NCBI GenBank assembly: GCA_951406725.2 | Contig: OX597828.1 | Coordinates: 18,600,001 to 18,664,000 of the forward strand | DNA from: Octopus vulgaris | Taxonomy: Eukaryota | Direction: 5' to 3' | DNA: 64,000 nucleotides | Shown: positions 27,988 through 42,064 of the stretch, one piece after another | How positions within the stretch are numbered: position 1 is the first letter of the stretch | How the letters are laid out: every line of letters begins with the position of its first letter | Position numbers and translations under genes: made by a program | The notes under the pieces: model-generated | What the model saw: only the letters and a program-made list of their open reading frames with translations | What the model was told of the DNA's origin: nothing | The model's database searches: none

Positions 27988-28025
<38 letters not shown>

Positions 28026-28078
28026 GCTGCTGCTGCTGTTGCTTCAAACACCATCACAGCCACTACTAGTACTACTAT

Positions 28079-28126
<48 letters not shown>

Positions 28127-28472
28127 AACTACAACAACTACTACTACTACTACTACTACCACTACTACCGGTGTTTACCTTTGCTGTTGCTTCAAACACC
28201 ACAGCTACGTCATCACCATAACTACCACCACTACTACCACTACTACTACTACTACTACTGCTACTACTACAATCACTAATTGAAACAACGGTGCCACTAC
28301 GACTAGCGCTCAACCACAAACACCACTACTTTACAACCACCAACACGACTGTACCTACTACCAGTAGTAAGTCAACCATCAGTACAACCACGACTACCAC
28401 CACCACTACTACTACTACTAACATCATCGACTACTACCACGACGATGACATCGACTACCACCCCTACAACAT

Positions 28473-28537
<65 letters not shown>

Positions 28538-28568
28538 GGTGGTGGTGGTGGTGGTGGTGGTGGTGGTG

Positions 28569-28626
<58 letters not shown>
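26240..28626. repeat. 2.4-kb compound trinucleotide region (GGT, GAT, GCT, GTT, TAG, CTA)
   Basis: Continuous 3-nt periodicity, with ORFs in most frames that are homopolymeric. Confidence 0.92.
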
Positions 28627-28628
<2 letters not shown>

Positions 28629-28833
28629 CCTTTATCGCAGCTAATTATTGAGTAATTATATACGGGTGGGTGAAAGAAATGGCAAAGAACGGTGAGAGGG
28701 AAACGGAACTAAATACCTTGTCGTGTTTAATTACGTCCCTTAACATCAGAGGTTCATATCCCGTCAAGGTCAAGTTCGTTTGTTTCCTCATTTTGTACGA
28801 ATCGAGTCGATACCGTAAAATAAACACTTCGTC

Positions 28834-28923
<90 letters not shown>

Positions 28924-28924
28924 T

Positions 28925-29065
28925 AGGTGGCTGTATGGTAACAAGCTTCCTTACCAACCACATGGTTCTGGGTTCAGTCCCACTGCGTAACACCTTGGCC
29001 AAGTGTCTTCCACTATAGCCTAGTGAGTGGATTTGGTAGGCGGTAACTGAAAGAAACGCGTTGTG

Positions 29066-29116
<51 letters not shown>

Positions 29117-29129
29117 ACGCGTTTCTTTT

Positions 29130-29189
<60 letters not shown>

Positions 29190-29405
29190 GTACATTTGTG
29201 TGTTTATGTTTGTTCCCCCACCCAACATCGCTTGACAACCGATGCTGCTGTGCTTACGTCCCAGTAACTTAGCTGTTTGGCAAAAGACACCGATAAAATA
29301 AGTACTAGGCTTACAAAGAATAAGTCCTGGAGTCGATTTGCTCGACTAAAGGCGGTGCTCCAGTATGGCCGCAGTCAAATGACTGAATGAATAAAAGAAT
29401 AAAAG
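28925..29405 (+). mobile_element. SINE family 1 with internal inverted duplication
   Basis: Head, body and tail recognisable; palindrome at 29050-29128. Confidence 0.85.
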
Positions 29406-29406
29406 G

Positions 29407-29760
<354 letters not shown>

Positions 29761-30141
29761 GTGTATCTGGGTATGTGTTTGTGGATTGGTGGAGAATGCA
29801 AAGACGTGGTCTAGTGGTTTGGGAGTTGGGCACACAACTCTAAAGTAGTGAGTTCGTTTCCTAGACCGGGCTCTGCGTTGTGCCCTTGAGAAAGGGGCAC
29901 TTCATTTCACAGTGTTCATGTCAACTCAGCTGGAAATGAGTGCCATCCGAGAGCTGGTGGAGTATCTCTCTCTACTACTTGGTGTCACATTCTCGATAGT
30001 TACGCTGGATCAATGACATGGGGCAGGAGGAGCTGACAAGGGCGCCTACGTCTGCTTATCGCTACATATGCACCGAAAACAATTAGCGGGAAAAGGGTAC
30101 AACTACCCGCCCATATTTACTCCAGACGAAGATAGATAGAC

Positions 30142-30203
<62 letters not shown>

Positions 30204-30208
30204 GTAGG

Positions 30209-30286
<78 letters not shown>

Positions 30287-30387
30287 CGTATACACACATA
30301 TTTCCCGTCGATGGTTTATATGCCCCAATATTAGACTATTTTTAGTCAATACACGGTGATCGCCTATAACCTTTAAGCTTATAATAT

Positions 30388-30461
<74 letters not shown>

Positions 30462-30490
30462 ATATATATATATATGTGTGTGTATATATA

Positions 30491-30521
<31 letters not shown>

Positions 30522-30704
30522 CTTCCCTGAGCGTCTGCTAATACTTTATACGTACCACGTCCTCGCGTTGTTTTTTGTGTCTGTTCTTCGTACACTTTGG
30601 TCTCTTATATGTCTTATGTGTAAGTATATACATATATGTATGTATGTATATATATGCATACCTACATATACATATACAGGCGCAAGTGTGGCCATATTGG
30701 CGTA

Positions 30705-31070
30705 GGCGTGGCTGCGTGGTAAGAAGTTTGTTTCCCAACCACACAGTTCTTGGTTCAGGGTGTTTTCTACTATTGCCCCGGGCCAACTCAAAGCCTTGTG
30801 AGTGCATTTGGTAGATGGAAATTGGAAGAAGCCCGTCATATATGGGTGTGTGTGTGCGTGTGTGACTTTGTGTCAGTACGTGTCCCTCATCACCGCTTGA
30901 CAACCGGTATTGATGCGTTTTGCGACTCAGTAACTTAGCGCTTCGGCAAAAACACAAACGATAATTCAAGAAGCAGCCTCTAAAAACAGATAAGTACTAC
31001 GGTCGATACTTTAAGGCTGTGCTCCAGCATGGCCGTAGTCTGATGGGTGAAACAGGTAAAGATTAAAAGA
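30705..31070 (+). mobile_element. SINE family 1 (diverged)
   Basis: Head ggcgtggctgcgtggtaagaag; 3' gctccagcatggcc. Confidence 0.75.
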
Positions 31071-31110
31071 TACAAAACGCATACATATGTACACACCGTA
31101 TATATACATA

Positions 31111-31161
<51 letters not shown>

Positions 31162-31281
31162 ATACATTTATTGATAAATATATACCCACATATAGATGTA
31201 TGTGTGTGAGTGTGTGTGTGTGTTCGTATGTATGATGCTGGTTGTTCCCGCCACAAATATCTGTGACCTTGTATTTTCCTC

Positions 31282-31323
<42 letters not shown>

Positions 31324-31372
31324 CAACAGCAGTAACAGCAATAGTAGTAGCAGTAGTGACAGCAGCAGCAGC

Positions 31373-31407
<35 letters not shown>

Positions 31408-31548
31408 CGGTGCTTCAATCGTTTGTTGCTTCTTCAGCAGAAAAATCGGTGTCCTGCTGCTGCTGTTGCTGCCGCTGCTGCTGTTTCTGCTACTGTTGCT
31501 GCTAATAATTCAATTGTTGGACATCCTTCCACGAGATTCTCCAAACAT

Positions 31549-31633
<85 letters not shown>

Positions 31634-31635
<2 letters not shown>

Positions 31636-32308
31636 GCCTTTCTACTATAAGCACAAGTCCTGAAATTTTGATGCGGAGGCGATATGTTGATTACATCGAC
31701 CTCAGTACGCAACTGGTACTTAATTTATCGACCGCGAAAGGATGAAAGGCAAAGTCGAACCCCGGCGGAATTTGAACTCAGAACGTAAAGACGGACGAAA
31801 TGCTGCTAAGCAGATTTTTTCCGGTGTGCTGACGATTCTGCCGGCTCGCCGCCTTAAGAAGAAGAAGGAAGAAGAAGAAGAAGAAGAAGAAGAAGAAGAA
31901 GAAGAAGAAGAAGAAGAAGAAGAAGAAGAAGAAGAAGAAGAAGAATGAGGAGGAGAAGAAGAAGAAGAAGAAGAAGAAGAAGAAGAAGAAGAAGAAGAAG
32001 AAGAAGAAGAAGAAGAAGAAGAAGAAGGAGAAGAAGAAGAAGAAGAAGAAGAAGAACCTTTTCTACAGGAGGCAAAATTTTGAGGGAGATTTATAAGTCG
32101 AGGACATCGGACCCAGTTATCAACTGATACTTATTTCATCGAACCCCGGAAGGGATGAAAGGCAAAGTCGACATTGGCGGAATTTGAACTCAGAACGAGA
32201 TGACGGAAGAAATACACAGCGAAGCTTCTCGTCCTGCGTGCAAAAATTCCCTCCAACTATAAGCACAAGTCCTGACGACTACTACTACTATCACTACTGC
32301 TACTACTA

Positions 32309-32350
<42 letters not shown>

Positions 32351-32368
32351 TCACTACTGCTACTACTA

Positions 32369-32407
<39 letters not shown>

Positions 32408-32999
32408 TCACTACTGCTACTACTACTACTACTACTACTACTATCACCATTAACACTACTACTACTACAACCACTACCATCAAAACTACCATTGCTGCTG
32501 CTACTACTACTACTAACAATAATAGAAATAATAACAATAATGGATACAAATTTTGGCACAAGGCCAGCAATTTCGGGGGAGGGGTCGAAGTCGATGATAT
32601 CGACCCCAGTGCTAAGCTGGTACTTATTTTATCGACCCCGAAAAGAATGAAAGCTAAAGTCGACCTCGGCGGAATTTTGAACCCCGAACGTAAAGGCGGA
32701 CGAAATAACGCTAAGCATTATCTCCAGCGCGGTAACCATTCTGCTAACAACAGCAATAACAACAACAATAATAATAATAATATCGGTTTCAAATTTTGGC
32801 TCAGGGCCAGCAATTTCTGGGGAGGGAGTAAGGCGGTTACACTGACCCTAGTGTTCAACTGGTACTTACTTTATTGATCCTGAAAGAAGGAAAGGTAAAG
32901 TCGACCTCAGCGGAAATTGAACTCAGAACGAAGCGACGGGCGAAATACCGCTAAGCATTTTGTCCAGCGTGCTAACGATTCCGCCAGCTCGCCGCCCTC

Positions 33000-33049
<50 letters not shown>

Positions 33050-33267
33050 TCCTTTCTACTATCGGTACAACACCTGAAGTTTGGGGGGAGGGGGTCTTGT
33101 CGATTACATCAACCCCAGTGCGTAACTGGTACTTACTTCATCGACCCTCGAAGGGATGAATGGCAAAGTCGACCTCGGCGGATTTTGAACTCAGAACGTT
33201 GTGACGGGCGAAATACCGCTAAGCATTTTGTCCCGCGTGCTAACGATTCTGCCACCTCGCTGCCCTC

Positions 33268-33304
<37 letters not shown>

Positions 33305-33490
33305 TTTGGTGGGAGAGGGCCAATCGATTAGATCGACCCCAGTGCGTAAATGGTACATAATTTATCGACCCCGTAAGGATGAAAGGCAAAGTCGACCTCG
33401 GCGGAATTTGAACTCAGAACGTAGAGACAGATGAACTACTGCTAAGCATTTCGTCCAGCGTGCTAACGATTCTCCCAGCTCGCCGCCAAT
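31634..33490 (-). mobile_element. Array of about six SINE family 2 copies separated by trinucleotide microsatellites
   Basis: Repeated aaggatgaaaggcaaagtcgacctcggcggaatttgaactcagaacg at ~31740, 32155, 32645, 32885, 33155 and 33375, with (AAT)n, (GAA)n and (TAC)n spacers. Confidence 0.85.
31857..32055. repeat. (GAA)n microsatellite
   Basis: About 200-bp nearly pure purine tract. Confidence 0.95.
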
Positions 33491-33514
33491 AATAATGATC
33501 ATGTCGTCTTCGTT

Positions 33515-33832
33515 GTTTAGCCCCGGGTCGGGTTTTGTCCTGTGTGACTATAAAAGAGTTCCATTCATCATCATCCGGCCTGCAACTTTTGTCATATTTT
33601 AAAAATTTTACTTTACTTCATTTATAAATGTATTGGTTTTTGTGGATGGTATACCAAGGACTACACCATCCGATGTGCACTCTATTTTTCCATTCTATTT
33701 TATTATTATTTCTGTTTGTTTTTAAGGGGGGTTTTTGCAGTTGAATGTACGCTACGTGGGGGATGTAAACTACTCTTTCTAGCAGGCCTTACAATGAGCA
33801 AGAGATTCCTTTATTAACTCTACCACCACCAA

Positions 33833-33889
<57 letters not shown>

Positions 33890-34372
33890 CATCGTTGTTT
33901 TGTTATTGTCGTCGTTGTTATTGGTGGTGGGATGCGGGACTTTATATTTAGCTCCGGGTCAGTTCTAATCGAACGGAGCTATATCCACAAGCATTCCATC
34001 CGTGAACATCCCATCTATTTAAGCTCTTTATTTATCACTACCCTATTTAATTACAGCCTTTGAGATAGATATTTGCGGGAAGATTTAAGGGTGTTTTTGC
34101 TACTATTTCTTTGTAGTAGAGTAACATACGTCTACAGGATCCTTCATTTGACTCCGTTTGCTGAAACGAGCAGGCCGTCATGTCATCAAAGACGTTCTAG
34201 CCATGACCACCCAATCGATTTTTGCCAAACATATCTTGCCCGGGGAGTACATTACAAAAGAAGAAGAAAAAAAAACAAACAATGCATCCTTTCAATTGAT
34301 GCTGAGAAATAATTCGAGGTAGATTTGGCTGTGGTTTCTAACAAAGACGTGTGACCACGCAGAGGTTCCCAT
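33515..34372 (+). repeat. Three diverged copies of a dispersed ~200-bp repeat
   Basis: Shared 5' tagccccgggtc...cattcca.cc.tgacc and 3' gatttggctgctatttctagc. Other copies at ~19590, 24080-24350, 25100-25260(-), 49790-49960(-) and 58160-58290. Confidence 0.55.
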
Positions 34373-34802
34373 CACCGGGTTTACTGATGATGATGCTCCT
34401 GCTGCTCACGATGGTGGTGGTGGTGGTGGTGGGAGTGGAGGGGGAGGCGGTAGTTGCAGCTGCTGTTTTACTGTTGCAACAGTAAGTGTACTTTGTGCAG
34501 TCGTTGCAGTTGCTGATGTTATATAAGTCTAACAATAAACATCGGTCGTCGATATAATGTTCGATATTTACACTCAGTGATCTAACGATGTGTGTGTGTG
34601 TGTATGTGAGAATGTGCGTGCGTTTGTGTGTGTGCGTGTGTGTCTGTATGCGTGCGTGCCTGCGTGTGACTATGTGTATATGTGTATGTAAAGATATATA
34701 TATATAATGTATGTATATATATATATTATAAACTTACATATACTTGCACACATACGCACATAACGTATTTAGAATTGTATGTGTATGTGAATATATATAT
34801 AA

Positions 34803-34861
<59 letters not shown>

Positions 34862-34912
34862 CACATATTCACAAAGGCAATGTGTAACTTACGCATAGAC
34901 ATATCCATATAT

Positions 34913-34990
<78 letters not shown>

Positions 34991-35016
34991 GTGTATGAAT
35001 GTATATACATATATAC

Positions 35017-35053
<37 letters not shown>

Positions 35054-35120
35054 GATATAGATATAGATATATGCATATACCTATAGATATATACATATAT
35101 ATATATACATATATATATAT

Positions 35121-35166
<46 letters not shown>

Positions 35167-35251
35167 GTGTGTATGTACGTATATATATATATAGATAGAT
35201 AGATAGATAGATATAGATATATGCATATACCCATGCAGATGTGTGTATATG

Positions 35252-35316
<65 letters not shown>

Positions 35317-35613
35317 ATACGCGCGCACACATACGCGAAATAGACACACGAGAACATAAGATATAAACATACGTAAAATTATTATTGTTGTTCCGTCGTT
35401 TCTTTGATGTGAAACGACATAGAGTCAAACTAGAAGCTTTTATGGTAATTTAGTTCGGAACCTCAATTCAGAATTTAAATCCCCACAGATGATTCATCTC
35501 CGTATTTCATCCCACTGCTTTCCAACAACAACAAAAATAAGCGTCAATACAATATTGTTTTCATTCCATTTACATTACATGTCTTTGAGGATCATCACCA
35601 ACATATAGAAATA

Positions 35614-36026
35614 CTCTCTTTTACTCTTTTACTCTTTTATTTGTTTCAGTCATTTTGACTGCGGCCATGCTGCAGCACCGCCTTTAGTCGAGCAAATCGA
35701 CCCCGGGACTTATTCTTTGTAAGCCCAGTACTTATTCTATCGGTCTCTTTTTTGCCGAACCGCTAAGTGACGGGGACGTAAACACACCAGCATCGGTTGT
35801 CAAGCAATGCTAGGCGGACAAACACAGACACACAAACACACACATATATATACATATATATATATATATATACGACAGGCTTCTTTCAGTTTCCGTCTAC
35901 CAAATCCACTCACAAGGCTTTGGTCGGCCCGAGGCTATAGTAGAACACACTTGCCCAAGGTGCCACGCAGTGGGACTGAACCCGGAACCATGCGGTTGGT
36001 AAATAAGCTACTTACCACACAGCCAC
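35614..36026 (-). mobile_element. SINE family 1
   Basis: Near full-length copy. Confidence 0.9.
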
Positions 36027-36044
36027 AATACTAAAAAAACAACA

Positions 36045-36369
36045 TTGGTTTCAAATTTTGGCACAGGGCCAGTACGTTCGGGGAAGGTGGGTTAATCGAT
36101 TACTTTGACCCCCAGTGATCAACTGGTACTTGTTGAGCTCAACGTAAACACAAGCGAAATATCGCTAAGCATTTTGGCTGGTGTGCGAACGATTCTGTGA
36201 GCTCGCTGCCTTAATAAAAATAATAATAATCCTTACTACTAAAGGCACAAGGCCTGACATTTTGGGGGAGGGGACTAGTCGAGTACATTAACCCCAGTGT
36301 TTCAATGGTATTTAATTCTCGACCCTGAATGGGTGAAAAGCAAAGTCGACCTCGGCGGAGTTTGAACTC

Positions 36370-36423
<54 letters not shown>

Positions 36424-36597
36424 CCTTTCTATTATAGGCACAAGGCTGGAAATTTTGAGGGAGGGTGCCAGTCGATTAGATCTACCCCACTGGGGTACTT
36501 AAGTACGATTTAAGTACCCCAGTACTTAAGTCGTGCTTAATTTATCGACCTCGAAAGGATGAAAGGCAAAGTCGACCTCGGTGGAATTTGAATTCAA
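36045..36597 (-). mobile_element. Three SINE family 2 fragments separated by (AAT)n
   Basis: Two copies break at the same point (tttgaactca/tttgaattca) directly into (AAT)n. Confidence 0.75.
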
Positions 36598-36605
36598 TAA
36601 TAATA

Positions 36606-36663
<58 letters not shown>

Positions 36664-36889
36664 CATTTATTTGCCACAAGGGTGAAGGTTGAGGGGGACA
36701 ATACAACGATAGACATAAAGTGTGGGGGTTTACATATAATGAAATGATAAAAAAAAACAAGAAAGAAGAGGAATAATCCCTTAATTTCAAATTGAAACTT
36801 GAAATTCTTGGAAAAATTATGAGGAAATTATTATCTCCCTTGTAATAACAGCGTCTACGTTGTCTATTACAAAGCTGAAAGAACCTTCT

Positions 36890-37190
36890 TTGGTTACGAC
36901 GTAAGCGGTCATGGACAGTTCCATATTAGGAATATCATTGCGATGTAATCCAAGAACGTGATCGCAGAATACCAAGAACAGTGCAACTTCCGCTCGGACG
37001 GATATGTCACAAGGTTTACAAATAGCAGATGAACCAGTGCAGATGAACCAGAGTAGTATACAAGAGGGCGGAAAAGTCCACTCGGAAGAGCATCATAACG
37101 ATGGGAAGACAATTTTGTTAAACGATTCGCAAGATGGAAAGGAATGGTGCAATCAACAAAGAAAAGAAGCGCATTGTGACCAGCGGTGTA
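36890..37190 (+). mobile_element. RTE-type LINE ORF 3' remnant
   Basis: Fragments MDSSILGISLR, GYVTRFTNSR*T and RKSPLGRAS*RWEDN resemble the RTE C-terminal motifs MERSMLGISL, WAGHVAR..D.RWT and RP.GRP..RW.D. Confidence 0.6.
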
Positions 37191-37295
37191 TAAAAAAAAT
37201 CGATAATTTGGTCGATACATATATCTGGCCTAGTGGTTAGGGAGTTGGACTCACGGTCGTGAGATCGTAGTTTCAGTTCCTAGACTGGGTGGGCT

Positions 37296-37680
37296 CTCTT
37301 ACTCTTTACTCTTTTACTTGTTTCAGTCATTTGACTGCGGCCATGCTGGAGCACCGCCTTTAGTCGAGCAAATCGACCCTAGGACTTATTCTTTGTAAGC
37401 CCAGTACTTATTCTATCGGTCTCTTTTGCCGAACGCGTTACAAAAGTCTCGAAGACACTTTTTTTTCTTTTCTTTTTACTCTTTTACTTGTTTCAGTTAT
37501 TTGACTGTGGCCATGCTGGAGCACCGCCTTTAGTCGAGCAAATCGACCCCGGGACTTATCCTTTGTAAGCCCAGCACTTATTCTATCGGTCTCTTTTTGC
37601 CGAATCGCTAAGTGACGGGGACGTAAACACACCAGCATCGGTTGTCAAGCAATGCTAGGGGGACAAACACAGACAAACAA

Positions 37681-37715
<35 letters not shown>

Positions 37716-37880
37716 CATATATACGACAGGCTTCTTTCAGTTTCCGTCTACCAAATCCACTCACAAGGCATTGGTCGGCCCGAGGCTATAGTAGAAGACA
37801 ATTGCCCAAGATGCCACGCTGTGGGACTGAACCATGTGGTTGGTTAGCAAGCCAGTTACCACACAGCCACTCCTGCGCCT
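37296..37880 (-). mobile_element. SINE family 1: 3' fragment (37296-37436) plus full copy (37470-37880)
   Basis: The 3' ~140 bp is present twice in the same orientation. Confidence 0.85.
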
Positions 37881-38140
37881 AAATACATTGTAATGAAATT
37901 ATTTTGTTGGACACCCTTGAAAACTATGTATCGCGTCTTGACAAATCGGGTGTGACGACAAAAGAGGTAGACCCAAATTTCAGTGGAAATAGAGGAGAAT
38001 ATTTCTTATATGGCACAGTTATGGAAACTCACATTCAACACTTTATGGTCATGTGTCAATGATGAGATAATCGATGCATTTCGCTTGCTGTAAGCCTCTA
38101 ACTGTAAAATATCTGCATCATTCTATTAATATGTATGGGT

Positions 38141-38265
<125 letters not shown>

Positions 38266-38955
38266 TATTAGGTTGTAAAGAAAGTTCTTGTGGGATTTTT
38301 AATTTTGGTTTTAAATGATGTATTTTCAAATTAATTTTCGTTAAATTACTTTGACTTTATATGTCATTTTAAAGCCCGTTTTCGCTCTACCTAATCGAGT
38401 TACTCTCTTTCTTTTTGAATAATTAGACTATTTTTCTGGAACAACATGGGCACGAAGCAAATTCGCACAATTTTCTTATACCGGTTCAAGCTAGGCCGAA
38501 AAGCTGCAGAAACATCTCGCGTTATCAACGATGAGTTTGGCCTAGGAACTACTAATGAACGTACAGCACAATGAAGGTTCAAGAAATTTCGCAACGGTGA
38601 CGAGAGTCTTGAAGATGATAAGCGTAGTGGTCGGCTAACGGATGTTGACAACGATCAATTAAGAGCCTTAGTGGAAGCCAATCCACGCACAACTGTTCGA
38701 GAGCTTGCTTCTGAATTAGACGTAACGCATACAATTTCTAACCACTTGAAAGAGATTGGAAAAACAAAAATACTTGAGAAATGGATGCCGCACGAATTCA
38801 AGGACAACCAAAGAAACGCCGTTTTAAAGTGTCGTCTTCCCTTCTTTTACGCAGCAAGAACGACCCGTTTCTCGACCGGATTGTGACTTGCGATGAAAAA
38901 TGGATTCTTTACGACAACCAGCGACGCTCAGCTCAGTGGCTGGACGCCGACGAAG
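38266..38955 (+). mobile_element. 3'-truncated mariner transposon (Hsmar1/Mos1-like transposase pseudogene)
   Basis: TA|ttaggttg left end. From ATG 38446: MGTKQIRTIFLYRFKLGRKAAET...RFKKFRNGDESLEDDKRSGR...WMPHE...FLDRIVTCDEKWILYDN, with one stop and frameshifts. Confidence 0.92.
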
Positions 38956-39044
38956 ACAAACAAACAAACACGACTGAAAACAGTAACTCCGCCTTCACTA
39001 AGGCGGAGGTAATAATAGTCATACAGGAGTCAGTATAAATATAA

Positions 39045-40092
39045 TCTCTTCTACTCTAAGTACAAGACCCGAAATTCTGTGGGAGGGGGCCAGTCGATTA
39101 GATCGACCCCAGTACGCAACTGGTACTTAATTTATCGACCACGAAAGGATGAAAGGCAAAGTCGATCTCGGCGGAATTTGAACTCAGAATGGAAAGACAG
39201 ACGAAATACCACAAAGCATTTCGCCCGGCGTACTAACGTTTCTTCTTTATTTACTGCCCATAAGGGGCTGCACACAGAGAGGACAGACAAGGACAGACAA
39301 ATGGATTAAGTCGATTATATCGACCCCAGTACGTAACTGGTACTTATTTAATCGACCCCGAAAGGATGAAGGCGAAGTCGACCTCGGCGGAATTAGGAAC
39401 TCAGAACGTAACGGCAGACGAAATACCTATTTCTTTACTACCCACAAGGGGCTAAATACAGACGGGACAAACAAGGATAGACAAACGGATTAAGTCGATT
39501 ATTTCGACCCCAGTGCGTAAGTGGTACTTAATTTATTTAAGGCGGCGAGCTAGCAGAAACGTTAGCACGTCGGGCGAAATGCTTAGCGGTATTTCGTCTG
39601 CCGTTACGTTGTGAATTCAAATTCCGCCGAGGTCGACTTTACCTTTCATCCTTTCGGGGTCGATAAATTAAGTAGCAGTTACGCACTGGGGTCGATGTAA
39701 TCGACTTAATACCTATGTCTGTCCTTGTTTGTCCCTTCTATGTTTAGCCCCTTGTGGGTAATAAAGAAATGGGTACTTAATTTATCGACCCCGAAAGGAT
39801 GGAAGGCAAAGTCGACCTCGGCGGAATTTGAACTCAGAACGTAACGGCAGACGAAATACCTATTTCTTTACTACCCACAGTGGGCTAAACACAGAGGGGA
39901 CAAACAAGGACAAACAAACGGATTAAGTCGATTATATCGACCCCAGTGCGTACTGGTACTTAATTTATCGACCCCGAAAGGATGAAAGGCAAATTCGACC
40001 TCGGTGGAATTTGAACTCAGAACGTAACAGCAAACGAAATACTGTAAAGCATTTCGCCCGGCGTGCTAACGTTTCTGCCAGCTCGCCGCCTT
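39045..40092 (-). mobile_element. Cluster of young tRNA-derived SINE family 2 copies: head-to-tail chain plus one inverted insertion (39539-39771, +)
   Basis: Head ggcggcgagctggcagaaacgttagc, B box gagttcaaattcc. The central gcctttcatcctttcggggtcgataaattaagtaccag resembles the Meta/Sauria-type SINE domain from memory. Confidence 0.9.
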
Positions 40093-40313
40093 TCAGTATA
40101 AATATAATGGAACAGGAAAAATATAGGAGTAAACAGTCATGGTGGATATCCGGATAGTTCATACCCTAATATTTGCATAAATGTGTATGAATTACTTAGA
40201 GGATGGGATTGGTCCTATGCAAAGCCTTTCCTCACTTTAAAATGTCACTCTTAGTGATACTAGTAACCTTTCACCTATTACATTATATACATGCGTTCAT
40301 ACAATTATATACA

Positions 40314-40387
<74 letters not shown>

Positions 40388-40457
40388 TGTATGCATATAC
40401 TTATAAATATATATATAAGTATATGCATATATATATATATATATGAATATATATATG

Positions 40458-40549
<92 letters not shown>

Positions 40550-40563
40550 TATATGTATATGTT

Positions 40564-40599
<36 letters not shown>

Positions 40600-40799
40600 A
40601 AAATAGTAAATAGTAAACATATATATATGTTTGTGTGTGTATATATACGTGTGTGCGCGTATGTATGTACATATATATATATATGTATACATATTTACAT
40701 ATATATGCATAAATATGTATGTACTTTTATATATATTTATACACTCATATATGTGTGTGTATACATACACATATATATATATACACACGAAGACTCGCG

Positions 40800-40843
<44 letters not shown>

Positions 40844-41081
40844 TTTTACTGACTGCTGGACACTCCTTTTATTGTCTGTTGGCTAAAGATAACAAGGATT
40901 TCGGCAACTTCCGACACGCTTTCAACAGATTCTGGCGGAATGTCCGGATGTTTTCGGCCTACACAATATGCCACGCAAATGCCCCACCCCCATCACTCTC
41001 ACCATCATTCATACATCCAGCAGACTCCAAGAATGCGACCAGGCAACAATCATTTTGTTTTACTCCCCTCTGAAGATGCCC

Positions 41082-41145
<64 letters not shown>

Positions 41146-41364
41146 CTATTTCTCTCTCTCTCAGCTTTGATCCTTTGTTACCACTCCCTATCAACCATAT
41201 TCATGATAACCCATCTCTCACCGGTTCACATATCGTCGTACTTGGTTGTCGTCCCTAAGTTCGACCCAGGATATTCTTCCTTCTACATAAATAAAAGAAA
41301 ACGGTCATTCAGACTAACACTCACGGGAGTTTACCTAATTTCCGAAACGCTATACAGGTAGAAT

Positions 41365-41947
41365 CAGGGCCGTCGCTAAGCCCCTGCAACCCCTGCGGTC
41401 GCACGTGGCCTCCGCGGTTGAGGGGGTCCCATCTTAAGATCAAAGTACGTAGATGAATCACCTATTTACTTTGGTTAAGATGTTGGACAAGAATTAACTT
41501 ATCTATGTTAACTGAATATTTCAAGAAATAAAATGGTAATACATTGCACCTGCAAAAGTTCTTGTAAAAATATCACATTGTACCACGAACGTGTACCAGA
41601 CTTTGTAGATTGTCTATGATAGCTATTGAACACAAGCTTAGCTCTCAGCTTGAATATTCTCAACTGATCGATGATTTCGCGAAGCGAAAAATGTACCAGT
41701 TTTGTCTTTGAAACTTGCCTGGATTATAAAAGTGCTATTTTATTCATGTCTGGAAGTTTTACTTATTGAAATTTGTAATAGATCTAAATAAATTTTAACT
41801 TGTACTTTTAAAAATGTTCTCTAGAATAGAATAAAGTAAAATATGGCTATGAATAAAAGGTGCGTAGATTATGAATTTTGATTGAAGAGATGGAGCCTCG
41901 AAAACAAAAGGTTGCAGGGGGCCTCTAAAAGTCACGCGACGGAGCTG
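41365..41947 (+). mobile_element. Non-autonomous hAT DNA transposon
   Basis: Ends cagggccgtcg / cgacggagctg; 8-bp flanks ggtagaat / gatataat (6 of 8 identical). Internal RLCRLSMIAIEHKLSSQLEYSQLIDDFAKRK resembles the end of the hAT dimerisation domain. Confidence 0.8.
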
Positions 41948-42064
41948 GATATAATACCGACTTTCTGGGTACTCATAGTCTGGAATCTCTTATAACCGGT
42001 TCTAATTTACACGCAACTACTTCAAATTCCCGCGACACTTTCCATTGAACGATGCAAAATATAA

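Noticed and set aside
40845-40965. Complex-looking open frames ([10 protein letters not shown]... / [12 protein letters not shown]...)
   Set aside because: No convincing splice-site pair or recognisable homology.
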